DNA of 64,000 nt. Origin: Penicillus capitatus (taxonomy: Eukaryota; Plantae; Chlorophyta). How positions within the stretch are numbered: the first letter of the stretch is position 1; every line of letters starts with the position of its first letter. The notes under the pieces were generated by a model that made no database searches, was not told where the DNA came from, and saw nothing but the letters and a program-made list of their open reading frames with translations. A program made the translations under genes and the position numbers. Shown one piece after another: positions 48,775 to 60,386 of the stretch. The stretch spans positions 619,197-683,196 of the forward strand of contig OZ287694.1 in assembly GCA_965649825.1 (NCBI GenBank). The letters are read 5' to 3'.

Positions 48775-51195
48775 ATGGCGGCCTCTCTGCAAACGCGACG
48801 TGCGATTCTGTCGAAGCTGAGACAGTTTCGAAAGAAGACAGCGACGCCGAGCCACGTATCGCTCTTGTGCGGAAGGAGGGTTAACGGATACTGGTGCCAC
48901 AGGAGCGACGTCTTCGACGTCAAGGCATCGAAGGTTACCGACAGCACGCGCTGGAAGTGATCGAACGGGATGAGGATATCGAAGCTGTGGTGAAGGCACT
49001 GGATATGCGTTCCCTCTACCGAGATCCACGTTTCTGCCACTGGAGTGCGTCCGAGCAACGACTCCCCTGTGTACAGAATCGTCTGCTCGACGTCTCTAGG
49101 CGCCGAACGGTGGCGTCCTTGTGTTCGTGGCGCAGTGCAGAAGGCGGCGGAGCGATTGGTGCGGCGCAAAACGGTAGGAGATGAGAATCCCGTGCGCCAA
49201 CTGCTCATCACCGTCCTGCGTCAGAGACTGCTGGATTGGTCACGGTGTACAGGACTGGTTCACCAAATGCTGCGGAGCTACATCTGGCACAAGGCACCGG
49301 TCGACGAGGCAAGATCCCGCTTACCAGATCTCGTGCCGCCAAATCAGAGATCCGTGGCAGATACTTTCGTTGGCCAAGAGGATGTTCGATCCGGCGAGAG
49401 CAACGGTGGCCCTCATACCGTCCACCTCGATGCTGCGTCTGCTGCTCACGGTCACGCAACAGCGCGGCGACGCTGGTGTCTTCTGCAAGACGTGGACGTC
49501 CCTAGTATGCGCCCTGCCTCATCCATCGGGCACAGGAACTCTGGTTGCTTCTAGGTGAAGCCAGTGCTGCGGGAGCATTATGCAAAAAAGGTACCCGTCG
49601 CTGTATCGAGTGCGTACATCGGCGGATGTCTCTCCTTCGATTATCCCCTCACGTTCGACGAAGCGTTGAACGATGGGGAGAGCTACACGTCGAAGGCCAT
49701 CGGAGAGCTAATCAAGATAAACGACGCGTCGTCGAGATCAGGTCACACGTTTTCGTCGTTCTGCGTACGAGAGTGCTGATGATGTTCAGACGGGCCGTTG
49801 CTGGATTCGGATGTGCTGATCCAACTGATCCGCCAGTCCTCGTCCTCGTCGGCGTTGCAGCTCGCGTTGCAGCTCGCGTTGAACAGCCGGCTCGGCAGAC
49901 AACGGATCTCTCAACGCAAGCAAAAAGGACAGGAGATGCTGTTCTTGCACGATCAGCAGAAACAGACGCCACTTCAGTTTCTCTGGGATGGAACCATGAG
50001 CCAGAAATCGTGCCGTCTGGGCGGACCCGTCTCCCGGACAGCTATGCTAGCCTATCTGAGATGTGGACACCTGCAGCAAGTCACGCAGATCGTCTCCAGC
50101 CACGCAGCCTCCGCAAAACCCTCCATGGTGTCTCCTTGTCTCTTTGGATCTTCAGGAAGCGCGAACACAATCTGGTGACAGGTGTTGAACACGATGATGC
50201 AGATCGGCGATCGAGCGGATCATCCGCAGATGATGAAGGCGGCGTTTCGGCAGATGCTGGACGGCGATGTGCTGCCGCACGTGCGGAATATACGACGGCT
50301 GCTTGTGCGTCTGGCAGATCCTCTCGTATCCTGCGGATTCCGCGGACGGCTGGGCGGTCTCATGGGATTTGTCGACTCCTATCTGCCACTTGTGTCCGTC
50401 CGCGACGTCAAGGCCCTATTCCTTGCACTGAATATCTCCGGAAGCATGCCCGACGTCATCCTCAGTGTCCTGAAGCGACTGATGCGACCCGATTACGATC
50501 CAGAGGAGAGACTGGGTGTGGCGTACCCCTTTTCTGTTTCCAGGCACTACCGCACGTTTCAAAAGACGGTGCGGCTGTCGTTGCTGGATCACCGACGATG
50601 GCAAGAGCAGCACGGGATCGATGACGGGTGGAGATTCCGGGTTCTGCTGACCGCCGGGCACCATCTCCGACAACGACCGATCTACTTCTCCCAGCTTCTG
50701 CCCTTGGCCGAAGAGTGGCTCCACATCGCCGCCGCCTTTCGTTCGACTGCCCTCTCAAGAGGTCTCTCCCAGTTCGATCGCATTGGATAGATCGGTGGAA
50801 TGGGTCAGGAACGTGGGTCACCTCGGGCGACGACGCCATCTTCAGTGTCCTGCTCTCTTTCCTCATACGACCAGACGGCTCCCTCGAGCTCCTGAAGAGA
50901 GGTCCACTTCCACGCATACGAGATATATGAGCGACAGGTGTGTCATCCAGGCAGCCTGTTCCATCTCATGCGACTGGGACTAATGTCCGGTATCCTCCCC
51001 GGCGCAAAATCGCGACGTACATTGTATTACTTCACGCAGCACATCACACAGAGCCGTGGCCGGCCATTTATGTACTACCGACGGTCCTATCCCGGCAGCC
51101 TTCTCGATGTCAACGAGGTAGGCCTAAGCCGCCGTGCCTCGAAGGCGGATCGCTTTATCCCGCCTCTCCTGTCGGCAGATCATGCGCGCGTTTGA
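48775..51195 (+). CDS. Hypothetical multi-exon protein (mostly helical; organellar RNA-binding type possible)
   Basis: Series of + strand protein-like frames (48775, 49045, 49555, 49798, 50182, 50628, 50938) separated by plausible short introns. No recognisable domain. Confidence 0.5.
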
Positions 51196-51374
51196 TCGTC
51201 CACTGGAGTGGTCCGTCGAGCAGCAATGCCTCCTGTCGTCCGTTGTGTGTCGTCACTTGATCGATGACTGCTTCCGTCGCATCGCCGACGTGAGCGGTCC
51301 ATCTCTGCCATTAACGTTGCGTTCCGCCTGAGAACGTGTCATTGCGTGTCACTTGACGGCCGTTTGTTCGTGCG

Positions 51375-51830
51375 ATGCCGTTCAAGAAATGCGTCGAGGT
51401 CGGCCGCTTGGCCGTCGTGAATTTTGGCCCAGACTACGGTCAGCCGATCGTCATCGCGGACATCGTCGATCAGAACCGCGTGGGCACGACGGGTCCCCTC
51501 TTCGAGCGCCATCGTGTGCGTTCTTAGGTCCTGGTTGATCATCCAGACTTTCCATGTCGCCGTCTGATGAACCTAAAGCGCCTGACGATGACGAATCTGC
51601 ATCTCGATGTGCCGCGTATATTCAAGAAGACGACTATGAAGACGGCTCTGGGAAAGAACGATGTGTTTGCGAAGTTTAAGGAGAGTGACCGAGGAAAAAA
51701 ACTCGCGGCGGCGAGGGAGAAGAGGGAGATGACGGATCTGGATCGCTGGAGGGCATCGAAGAAGCGTTTTGAACGGGCCAAGAAGATCCGCCAAGTCTAT
51801 GAGCGACTCAAAAAGGAAAACGCACTCTGA
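51375..51830 (+). CDS. RPL14: 60S ribosomal protein L14 (eL14), one intron
   Basis: MPFKKCVEVGRLAVVNFGPDYGQPIVIADIVDQNR, intron, VLVDHP...MNLKRLTMT...KKLAAAREKREMTDLDRWR. Confidence 0.95.
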
Positions 51831-53105
51831 TGCATGTCGGACGCGAAGGAAACAACTTTACATGTAATGCATATCCGAAAAGCATTCTATCTGATAAGTG
51901 TGACACCCGCTTGACTTTCTGTAACCACGGTAGATGGAAACGGATGGAGTGACGGGGACGCACGCGGATCGGAATACCTAGTCATTGCAGGTTGAGAAGT
52001 GTGCGGCCTCGACAAGAAAGGCGTCTTTCGTCGTTCTAGAAAAACATCTGGTCATTGATGACAGATCGAAGACAGCTAGAGGAATAGTAGCGAGTATGGA
52101 GACTGCACTAGATGCCGGGATCTTCATTCACAGCTTTGCCAAATCAGCACCAGCTGAACACGAAGCTATGGAAGGATAAGGTTAGTGGAAAAGATATCGA
52201 TGTCCGAGCAAATCTTATTCACTTTTCTGATAAAACACCGTTCCCATAACAATGAGTATTTGGAATTCTTTGAGTGCTGTAAAGTGGTGCGAACTTTCCC
52301 TTGTGTAACCAGACCAATCGCAAGTGGCGATTTCAAAAGAGACTGTATAGCATCATTGCCGCTCTTTTATTTAAAGTTAAGAGGAGATTGACTGACGACA
52401 AGTTGAGCGTTTACCCGAACTCGACCAATGAGTACCTCTGACGGTCCTAGGGTCACTATGTCTTCGGAGGCGAAGATCACGAAGTCGACGCTTCTGTCCT
52501 CTGAGCTCCGCCGCGTATCGTAAAGTTCCACGTGATAGATGACTTGTTCCGCTCCCTGTTGGTGGAGCTCCGCTTGTTCGCCTCGGCGAAACTGGTTGAG
52601 GGGCTCCTCGAAGGTTGGATATGAAGGAGAACACGGGACAAGCACGCGTCGAATCTTCGTTCAGAGTGTCGCCGATCAGGTCGAACGCAAAACGTAAGCA
52701 GCGGAAGACTTCTGAAGTTTACAGAGTAAGGTCTGGAATAATCTGATTTCCCAATTAGGTACCCACGTGGTGATGTGACTTTCTTAGGTAGGTGACTCAG
52801 TGAGCTGTCAGAGCCACAGGGAATGGCCCCTTGGCCCCGTGACTAGACAGCAAGCGCCCCTCGAACACATGAACCCCTCAACAACAAGGCACTAAGTAGT
52901 CCCATCGCCAGGCGACAGTCACATCGAGGATTGAGTATTGAAGCGAGGGTCGGACACGTACGATATCTTTCGCTTGTCATCTGAGTTTACATTTGAGTCT
53001 CGTCCCGCGTCCGTTCGTTCCGTGTTAGTGCCACCACGAGGAGGCACACAGGCTCGACGTTGCGTTGGCGAACGCATCGTTGTTTAGACCGAGTTTTTGG
53101 AAAAT

Positions 53106-53187
53106 CATAAGATGAAATGCTTTTTTACAAGATTGTTACGAGCATAAGATGAAATGCTTTTTTACAAGATTGTCACGAGCATAAGAT
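53106..53187 (+). repeat. 37-bp direct repeat x2.2
   Basis: CATAAGATGAAATGCTTTTTTACAAGATTGTYACGAG twice, plus CATAAGAT. Confidence 0.9.
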
Positions 53188-53436
53188 CATGTCCTTCTTT
53201 ACGGGATTCCGCCGCCAGTAAGAAAGGTGGACGCCTCGTGGAGACGCCCGCTTTGCATCGCCATCGGGATTTACAAGTGGGCCCGACGACGCTAGAAGAG
53301 CCCAACTGTCTGCGCCAAAATCGTCGTGCGGTTTCCGCCGTCTACGGTAGCGTCTCAAGTGGTGTGCAAAGGATACTTCAATACTTGTATACTTCTGAAA
53401 TTGAATAATTCGATACTTACTTCAGTGAGCGAGCGG

Positions 53437-55382
53437 TACGACTGACGGAACAACGAATACCACGCGTTCGGTGTGTTCGGACTCGAAGTGCGCATCTGGG
53501 GGGAGTATCTCCCAGAAGGAAGGGCAATCACGAGGACCCCCTCCCCTCCGGAAAGAAAGGAAATCACACGGATGTCCTTCCCCCTGGGATTCCTCAACCA
53601 GGTCGGAAAGGTGGACGCCTCATGGAGACGCCCCCTGCATCGCCTTCGGGACTTACGGGTGGGCCCGACGCCACTAAGAAGCGCCCAACGGTCCGAGCCA
53701 CAACCGGCACGCGGTTTCCGCCGTTTCCGTCAGCTTCATGTGTGGTGGTGTGCGAAAATTGGATACTTTGATACTTCGAAAATTGGATACTTTGATACTT
53801 CGAAAATTGGATACTTTGATGCTTCAGTCGGTAATACGACTGACGGAACAACGAACACCACGCGTTCGGTGCGTTTGGACTCGAAGTGCGCATCTGGGGG
53901 GAGTATCTCCCAGAAGGAAGGGCAATCACGAGGACCCCCTCCCCTCCGGAAAGAAAGGAAATCACACGGATGTCCTTCCCCCTGGGATTCCTCAACCAGG
54001 TCGGAAAGGTGGACGCCTCATGGAGACGCCCCCTGCATCGCCTTCGGGACTTACGGGTGGGCCCGACGCCACTAAGAAGCGCCCAACGGTCCGAGCCACA
54101 ACCGGCACGCGGTTTCCGCCGTTTCCGTCAGCGTCATGTGTGGTGGTGTGCGAAAATTGGATACTTTGATGCTTCGAAAATTGGATACATTGATACTTCG
54201 AAAATTGGATACTTTGATACTTCAGTCGGTAATACGACTGACGGAACAACGAACACCACGCGTTCGGTGCGTTTGGACTCGAAGTGCGCATCCGGGGGGA
54301 GTATCTCCCAGAAGGAAGGGCAATCACGAGGACCCCCTCCCCTCCGGAAAGAAAGGAAATCACACGGATGTCCTTCCCCCTGGGATTCCTCAACCAGGTC
54401 GGAAAGGTGGACGCCTCATGGAGACGCCCCCTGCATCGCCTTCGGGACTTACGGGTGGGCCCGACGCCACTAAGAAGCGCCCAACGGTCCGAGCCACAAC
54501 CGGCACGCGGTTTCCGCCGTTTCCGTCAGCGTCATGTGTGGTGGTGTGCGAAAATTGGATACTTTGATACTTCGAACATTGGATACTTTGATACTTCGAA
54601 AATTGGATACTTTGATACTTCAGTCGGTAATACGACTGACGGAACAACGAACACCACGCGTTCGGTGCGCTGGACTCGAAGTACGCATCTGGGGGGAGTA
54701 TCTCCCAGAAGGAAGGGCAATCACGAGGACCCCCTCCCCTCCGGAAAGAAAGGAAATCACACGGATGTCCTTCCCCCTGGGATTCCTCAACCAGGTCGGA
54801 AAGGTGGACGCCTCATGGAGACGCCCCCTGCATCGCCTAGGGGACTTACGGGTGGGCCCGACGCCACTAAGAAGCGCCCAACGGTCCGAGCCACAACCGG
54901 CACGCGGTTTCCGCCGTTTCCGTCAGCGTCATGTGTGGCGGTGTGCGAAAATTAGATACTTTGATACTTCGAAAATTGGATACTTTGATACTTCGAACAT
55001 TGGATACTTTGATACTTCAGTACTTTGATACTTCAGTCGGAAATACGACTGACGGAACAACGAACACCACGCGTTCGGTGCGCTGGACTCGAAGTGCGCA
55101 TCTGGGGGGAGTATCTCCCAGAAGGAAGGGCAATCACGAGGACCCCCTCCCCTCCGGAAAGAAAGGAAATCACACGGATGTCCTTCCCCCTGGGATTCCT
55201 CAACCAGGTCGGAAAGGTGGACGCCTCATGGAGACGCCCCCTGCTTCGCCTTCGGGACTTACGGGTGGGCCCGACGCCACTAAGAAGCGCCCAACGGTCC
55301 GAGCCACAACCGGCACGCGGTTTCCGCCGTTTCCGTCAGCGTCATGTGTGGTGGTGTGCGAAAATTGGATACTTTGATACTT
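53437..55382 (+). repeat. Tandem array of ~398-bp units (5 near-identical copies, diverged partial copies on both sides), each with 24-bp subrepeats
   Basis: TACGACTGACGGAACAACGAA recurs at 53437, 53835, 54233, 54631 and 55044. Units contain up to three AAAATTGGATACTTTGATACTTCG; the last has one. Diverged flanks at about 53185-53436 and 55383-55470. 398 is not a multiple of 3, so the ORFs here are artefacts. Confidence 0.97.
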
Positions 55383-56074
55383 CGACAGACGGAATAACCA
55401 ATACGACGTGTTCGGCGCATCGGACTCAAACTTCGCAACTGCGGGGGAGTATTTCACGGAAAGAAAGAATGACGGAAAGTGGAGTGCGTCGTCACTTATA
55501 TACCTTTCAGTTGATGTGACAACGTCACTGCACTTTGTCGCTCGATTAGCCAATCGCGACGCGAGTTTTAAAGAACAACCGTCGGAAGAGGAAGCTGCAA
55601 GGAAGCGCCGATTCAGCCGGTGGCCAATCGCGGCCCGGTATCGGAATATTCGCTCTTCTTGTTACTCCGACTTCCGCACCATGCGTAGCGACGGTCGAAG
55701 CCCGTGCCTTAAGCACAAGGGTCACAAAATGTCAAGCAAATGCCGAACCTGATAATCATAGCGATATATGTCGCTATCACCGAGACCTCCGTGGCGATAT
55801 GACTGTCTTGTTGTGAAAGGGCGGGTCGTCTTTTTCAAAGAGGTGCTAGCTGTCCTGTCACGCAAGGTCTAAGTTCGTTAGGGGATTTTATTTTTTGCTT
55901 CTGTGGATTTGATGTTTAATTTGCCTAGAAAGTCATCAGAAGGGGGCTCAAGTTGTGAATTGCTTTCCGACCTCTAAAACGTTTGTTCTCCACCCTGGCC
56001 GATGACAACGTCAATCGCGAATTCCGCCGACACTCATTCCATTGTTGTGTTGTTGTGTTAAGCAAACACGCCCC

Positions 56075-56530
56075 TAACAATGAGCTCATCTACTTACACT
56101 TGTGTCGATCTCCAAGCGACAGGTCGTAGGTTCGCTACACCTTCCCATCCAAAAATAGACCCGCGGCCTCTACGTCACAGATTCACAATAGCTTCCGGAA
56201 TCTTCGCAGAGTATTCCTTTTTTCCTACTTACTACAGCACCCTATAAAAGCGTTGTAGATATACAGACCTTGTCTTTCGTTTGTAAGACTTTACGTTTCA
56301 CAGGTTTACGTGCGCCCATCTTTAAAATTGTTTCCATCTAAAACCTACGCGACAGTGTTCAGCCACATCGCTCTTAATATGAGCTCATACATAATCTATT
56401 TACACGCATGTCAATCTCTAAATAACAGGTCGTAGGTCCTCGGTGACTTCCCTCCACCTTTCTATCTAAACATACGCCCGTGCTATCTATATCACATATT
56501 CCGAGCAGATTCCGGAATATTCTTCTTTGT
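56075..56530 (+). repeat. Diverged ~300-bp direct duplication
   Basis: ATGAGCTCAT...ACAGGTCGTAGGT...TTCCGGAAT occurs at about 56079 and again at about 56380. Confidence 0.65.
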
Positions 56531-56780
56531 TACTAAAAATAATCTCGCGCCGCCTTGATGTCAAATCACTAAAACACTATAAAAAACTCTCAAGCGGGAG
56601 GCGCCGGTCGCGCGCTCGAGAGAACCAACAGTGGAAGACTTTTAAAGTTTGGAAGGCAAAGTCGTCATCGCCGGGATTTCCTTGTCGATGTGACTGCCTT
56701 GTTTGCAATGGGTCATCTGTGGGAAAGGGCGTTTGTTGTCATTTCACGAGGAGAAATGTCACGGGGAAGCGCCGCGCTAA

Positions 56781-57370
56781 ACGAACCTAACAGTGGAAGA
56801 CTTGTTTGTTTACAGAGCAAGATCTAGAACGGTTCGAATTGCCGATTAAACATGTGCATGATGACGTACGTGACTTTCTAGGCAGTCGAGTCTTTAGAGC
56901 GCCAGAACCAGAGAACCATGTCCCCAGACGCAGCCGAACTCCATTTGAAAAGAAAGGCAGCGCTCCTTGGCACAGATGACCCCCTCAGAACAAGACAAAC
57001 ACTTCACCGGAGCAAATCTTGGCGACAAAGACCTTGTTAGCTCTGGCTCAAAAATGTTGTGTTATGAAGACAGTGAATGACGTGACATGAGTTGCTGGCA
57101 TGAGCCAAACGTTTGCACACGAAACTGTCGCCAAGATTTCCTTGTTGATGTGACTGTCTTGCTGGGCAAGGTTCATGTGTTGTCAGGTGCGCTGGCTATC
57201 TTGTCATATCGGTTCAATGGGGACTAAAGGGCCGTTTTTTATGGTGCTGGCAGCGTGCTGGCTCACCTGCCTAGGAAGTCGCTTCATCGTGCACATATTT
57301 TGTGAACAGTCTGAATCATTCTAGACCTTGCTCCGTAAACAAACAAGTCTTCCGCTGTTAAGTTCGTCTT
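56781..57370. mobile_element. ~590-bp inverted-repeat (MITE-like) unit made of the same module family
   Basis: ACGAACCTAACAGTGGAAGACTTGTTTGTTTACAGAGCAAGATCTAGAA at 56781 vs reverse complement of about 57320-57367, ACGAACTTAACAGCGGAAGACTTGTTTGTTTACGGAGCAAGGTCTAGAA. Confidence 0.6.
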
Positions 57371-57379
57371 CGTTCGGCC

Positions 57380-59100
57380 TACCGGCGACAGTATCTCCTG
57401 TGATGTGCCTTGACGAGCAAATTCGTCACAAGACGCTCGACGATGTATGTACCTGAGTCCATCTCCTGCGCGAATCGATTTCCCTCCGATGACGTCCTGG
57501 AATCAGTCTTACTTGTAAAGACATCCATCCGCCCGATTTCACGATACGGAGCGACTGGATTTCGATGTGCAGCAGATTCGATGCCACGCTTCGATGGGGT
57601 AGGCGGCCGAAGATTCAATCTGCGTTGCGCAGTTAGTGGGTCTTGTCACTCTATGTCTGTCCAACAACGTTTCTGCAAGACGTGCACGCGAGTTCTTCAA
57701 TAAATCGTCGGCTGCAAACGCCGTTCTCTCTTTTGAATGTGATGATCCTCATGCCCAGTTTGCTGAAAGTTGCCATTTGGTTCAATCGGCCTTCTAGCTA
57801 GCTTCGTGCGAATCTCGCGAGTGAAAGCATCTCCCACAGACTGCGAACCTATTCGGCATTACGAGTAGTAAGTAGTTAGTTAGTACTCCTGGCGCGCATC
57901 CTCCCTGCAGTTAGTGCAAGCTTGCTGAGAAAGCAGCTTCGTGTGTAGAACGGACCTGCCACGTGGCTGCGTTCGGTTCCTCTTAAACTGTTCGCGTGCT
58001 CGGACATTCAGAAGCATTGTGCCAAGTCGACAAGGAAACAAGAAGTCAAAGTTCTGTCGTGCAAATGTTTCCCGTTGAACTCTGTCCTTGTGTGAGCGCT
58101 CGAACATCAGTCCTCGCAAATGCTTGCGTTTGCTACCAGGAGGAAGAACTTGACACCGCTTGACAAACGAGAAGCTTCCATTACAGTCGAAGACAGAGAG
58201 AATCGCCAGGCGGTCATTCTTCTTGCAAACGACGGTTGATGTGGCGCCGAGGATTTCAGAAGTTTTCCTCCGAAAGGCGTGCACAAGTCTATTCCGCGTT
58301 CACCTCACTTTCGTCATCGTGCTCTTGATCTCGCGATGCACGTGCTTTCCCTTGGACATAGTTCGCAGTCGGTTGCCTAACAACGTGAGCTATGTCTGAA
58401 ACCAAGCGACGCAAACACATGTCGTACAAGTTGCCTTGTACAAACTGTCTTGCGCATGGTCTCGATGATCCGAAAATGCCCGTAACCGAATCGTGCCTGC
58501 GCGAGCGAGCTAATTCGCTAACGAGAATCACCAAAGCCACTGTTGGAATCCTGACGCCTGTCTCTTCGAAGCGGTGTGACAGCTGTCGGAAACGTCTCAC
58601 GGATCGCGAGAGACATGTAGAGGACATGTAGAGAAGCTGATTCGCACATGAAGGGGTCAACAGTTTCCTGTCGGTCACGTGAACGGCGCTGCTATCATTC
58701 GTCAGAACTGTCGAGGTGCTAAGGCAGCGGAGGAAACACGCCGTCTTTAGTAGAGCCCTTTGGTTGCTGGACGACAGTAAAGTCCTTGTTCATCGGTCTG
58801 CCCACAGCCGCCATCTGCAGATCCTTATCCGCACTGGTTACTTTCATAAGCGTTTGAATGCAATCCTTGTCGACTGCAAGTGACCATCCCAGTCTCATCA
58901 CCGCACATAGAAAATGTGGCACAACTGTAGGACTTCGGAGAGGAGAAGACAATAAGTCGACAACGGCGTGTCGCATGCGTTAAAGCGCACTGCGATTCGG
59001 ATCGCATCCGCCAAGAGGCGATTGATGCGCGATTCAGTCGACGCGCGTATTGATTCAACTCGGCTTTCACTTACTGTTGTTCCAGGGGCGCACTCTGGTT
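57380..59100 (-). CDS. Possible multi-exon hypothetical protein, 3' end abutting the inverted-repeat module
   Basis: Successive minus-strand open frames (58898, 58289, 57880, 57379) and an intron-like GTACTAAC...AATAG at about 57830-57866. No family recognised. Confidence 0.3.
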
Positions 59101-59166
59101 GCAAAGTGTAGCCGACGATCTAGTGGAAACGGACACGCTTCTCGACGTCTCTTACGGGACACATTC

Positions 59167-59245
59167 TGACGTGACCCGGTAGGGGACAGCTGTTACCTTC
59201 GCCGTCCTCTCATTTCGGACAGCTGTCCCCTTCCGGGTCACGTCA
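59167..59245. repeat. 79-bp hairpin: 27-bp arms (1 mismatch), 25-nt loop
   Basis: TGACGTGACCCGGTAGGGGACAGCTGT ... ACAGCTGTCCCCTTCCGGGTCACGTCA. Confidence 0.9.
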
Positions 59246-60029
59246 CTGTGAACATACTTAATGCACGTCACTTGTTAAACTCTGCCCTCTGTAATCCATC
59301 CGAATGCGTCGAGGTAAACCTCGACGCATTCGCTTACTCATTCATTACAGTTACCATCCGATTATTATACACCCGTCTAGGAAGCTCCGCGTCCGCTGGC
59401 GGCCTCGAATACATCGCCCAAGAATGGAAGCTCCAAGGAAGGAAGTGGCATTGAAGTGTCAAACGAACAGCTGCTGATGTACCCTCGATACAATGGTCTT
59501 AGACCCCTCCTCTGATTTTTAACCTAAAAAAGGATGTAAGAACCACCAATTTTTTTATTGCCATCCAATTATTGTGTCTGGGACGAATAAAACTGACACA
59601 GCTTATTCTCGGACTCCGGTGTCTCACTCATCTTCGATAACGCTGATCGGAAGAGCATCGTCGCGGTGAGGGCTCACACACGCAAAAACACTCTTTCTGT
59701 CCCTCTCATCCTTCTCGGTCGGCCTTGCAAGGTAATAACCGACGAACTGTGCTGTGGCCGGGTCGTGCACCAGGACAACACTGGCGTAGACATCGTTTGA
59801 GTCTTCAACGAATTCCAGTTCCCAGACACATGCTCTGTCTTTGCTGCAAGCACAACACGATTAGATCGCACGATGACCAGACAATCGAAGATAAGCAGTC
59901 TTTCTGGCGATAGGAAGGTGCAAAAATGTGTGCCTTTCTCTTTTTCGTGTGCTGGGCGTCATGATTGTAAGATAACAACTTGACGGGGATGCGTCGGATA
60001 AACGTGCGCCGCGGTCGTGCACACGCGGA

Positions 60030-60290
60030 GACGAAGACGGACGGAGCAGTGTCGAACCAATGCAGAAGACGCCATGATGTTGGACTTGGTACGGCTTAGT
60101 TCATCCGTAAGTGTTTTGATACAGTCCATGCATCTCTCGGGTGACCTGCAGACTAGCGAGGGGCACTTGCCTCAACGCATGCTCCAGCTTCTGAGCCGCA
60201 TGTCTAAGTGCGTCGATGTTCCTCAAGAAGCAGAACATCGCTGCAAGATACGTTGACTTGCAGCATGTCTCTATGACTCGAGTCCGTCTC
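60030..60290 (-). pseudogene. Frameshifted fragment of a paralog of the MLKL-like domain at 6742
   Basis: RVIETCCKSTYLAAMFCFLRNIDALRHAAQKLEHALRQVPLASLQVTREMH vs RVIEDCCKSTCLTGMLFASRNSDKLKHVAQKLQHALQQVPLASLPIVGEMH. Homology continues across +1 shifts (DETD/RVIE; H/CIKTLTDELSRTK). Confidence 0.85.
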
Positions 60291-60386
60291 GTCATCCTCC
60301 GTGGTCGAGTCGGGAGATGGAGTTCTCGGCGAATTTTGGCAGCAGGTTTGATGCAGCTTCAATTGTTTCCCTTTCTCAGTCTGCAT

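Larger units (their letters stand above)
52667..57390. mobile_element. Possible foldback-like element bounded by degenerate ~250-bp inverted modules and enclosing the tandem array
   Basis: 52667 TGTCGCCGATCAGGTCGAACG...CAGCGGAAGACTTCTGAAGTTTACAGAGTAAGGTCTGGAAT aligns to the reverse complement of the segment ending at 57390, TGTCGCCGGTAGGCCGAACG...CAGCGGAAGACTTGTTTGTTTACGGAGCAAGGTCTAGAAT. Similarity continues to GAACACATGAACC and GACAGTCACATC. No TSD or transposase seen. Confidence 0.4.

Noticed and set aside
53590-53625. CCAGGTCGGAAA matching SRP (7SL) RNA helix 8
   Set aside because: The 3' side reads GGTGGACG rather than CGGAGCAG, so the tetraloop stem and conserved internal loop cannot form. 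No Alu-domain motif seen.
53745-53830. 24-bp direct repeats as a CRISPR array
   Set aside because: The repeats are contiguous with no unique spacers, there are no cas genes, and the context is eukaryotic.
53437-55382. Hammerhead-ribozyme (retrozyme) array
   Set aside because: Only CTGACGG is present on either strand, not CUGANGA with a stem II and GAAA core.
53437-55520. Repeated 130-220-aa ORFs in the array as real proteins
   Set aside because: The 398-bp period shifts the frame in every unit, and ORFs appear in all frames and on both strands.
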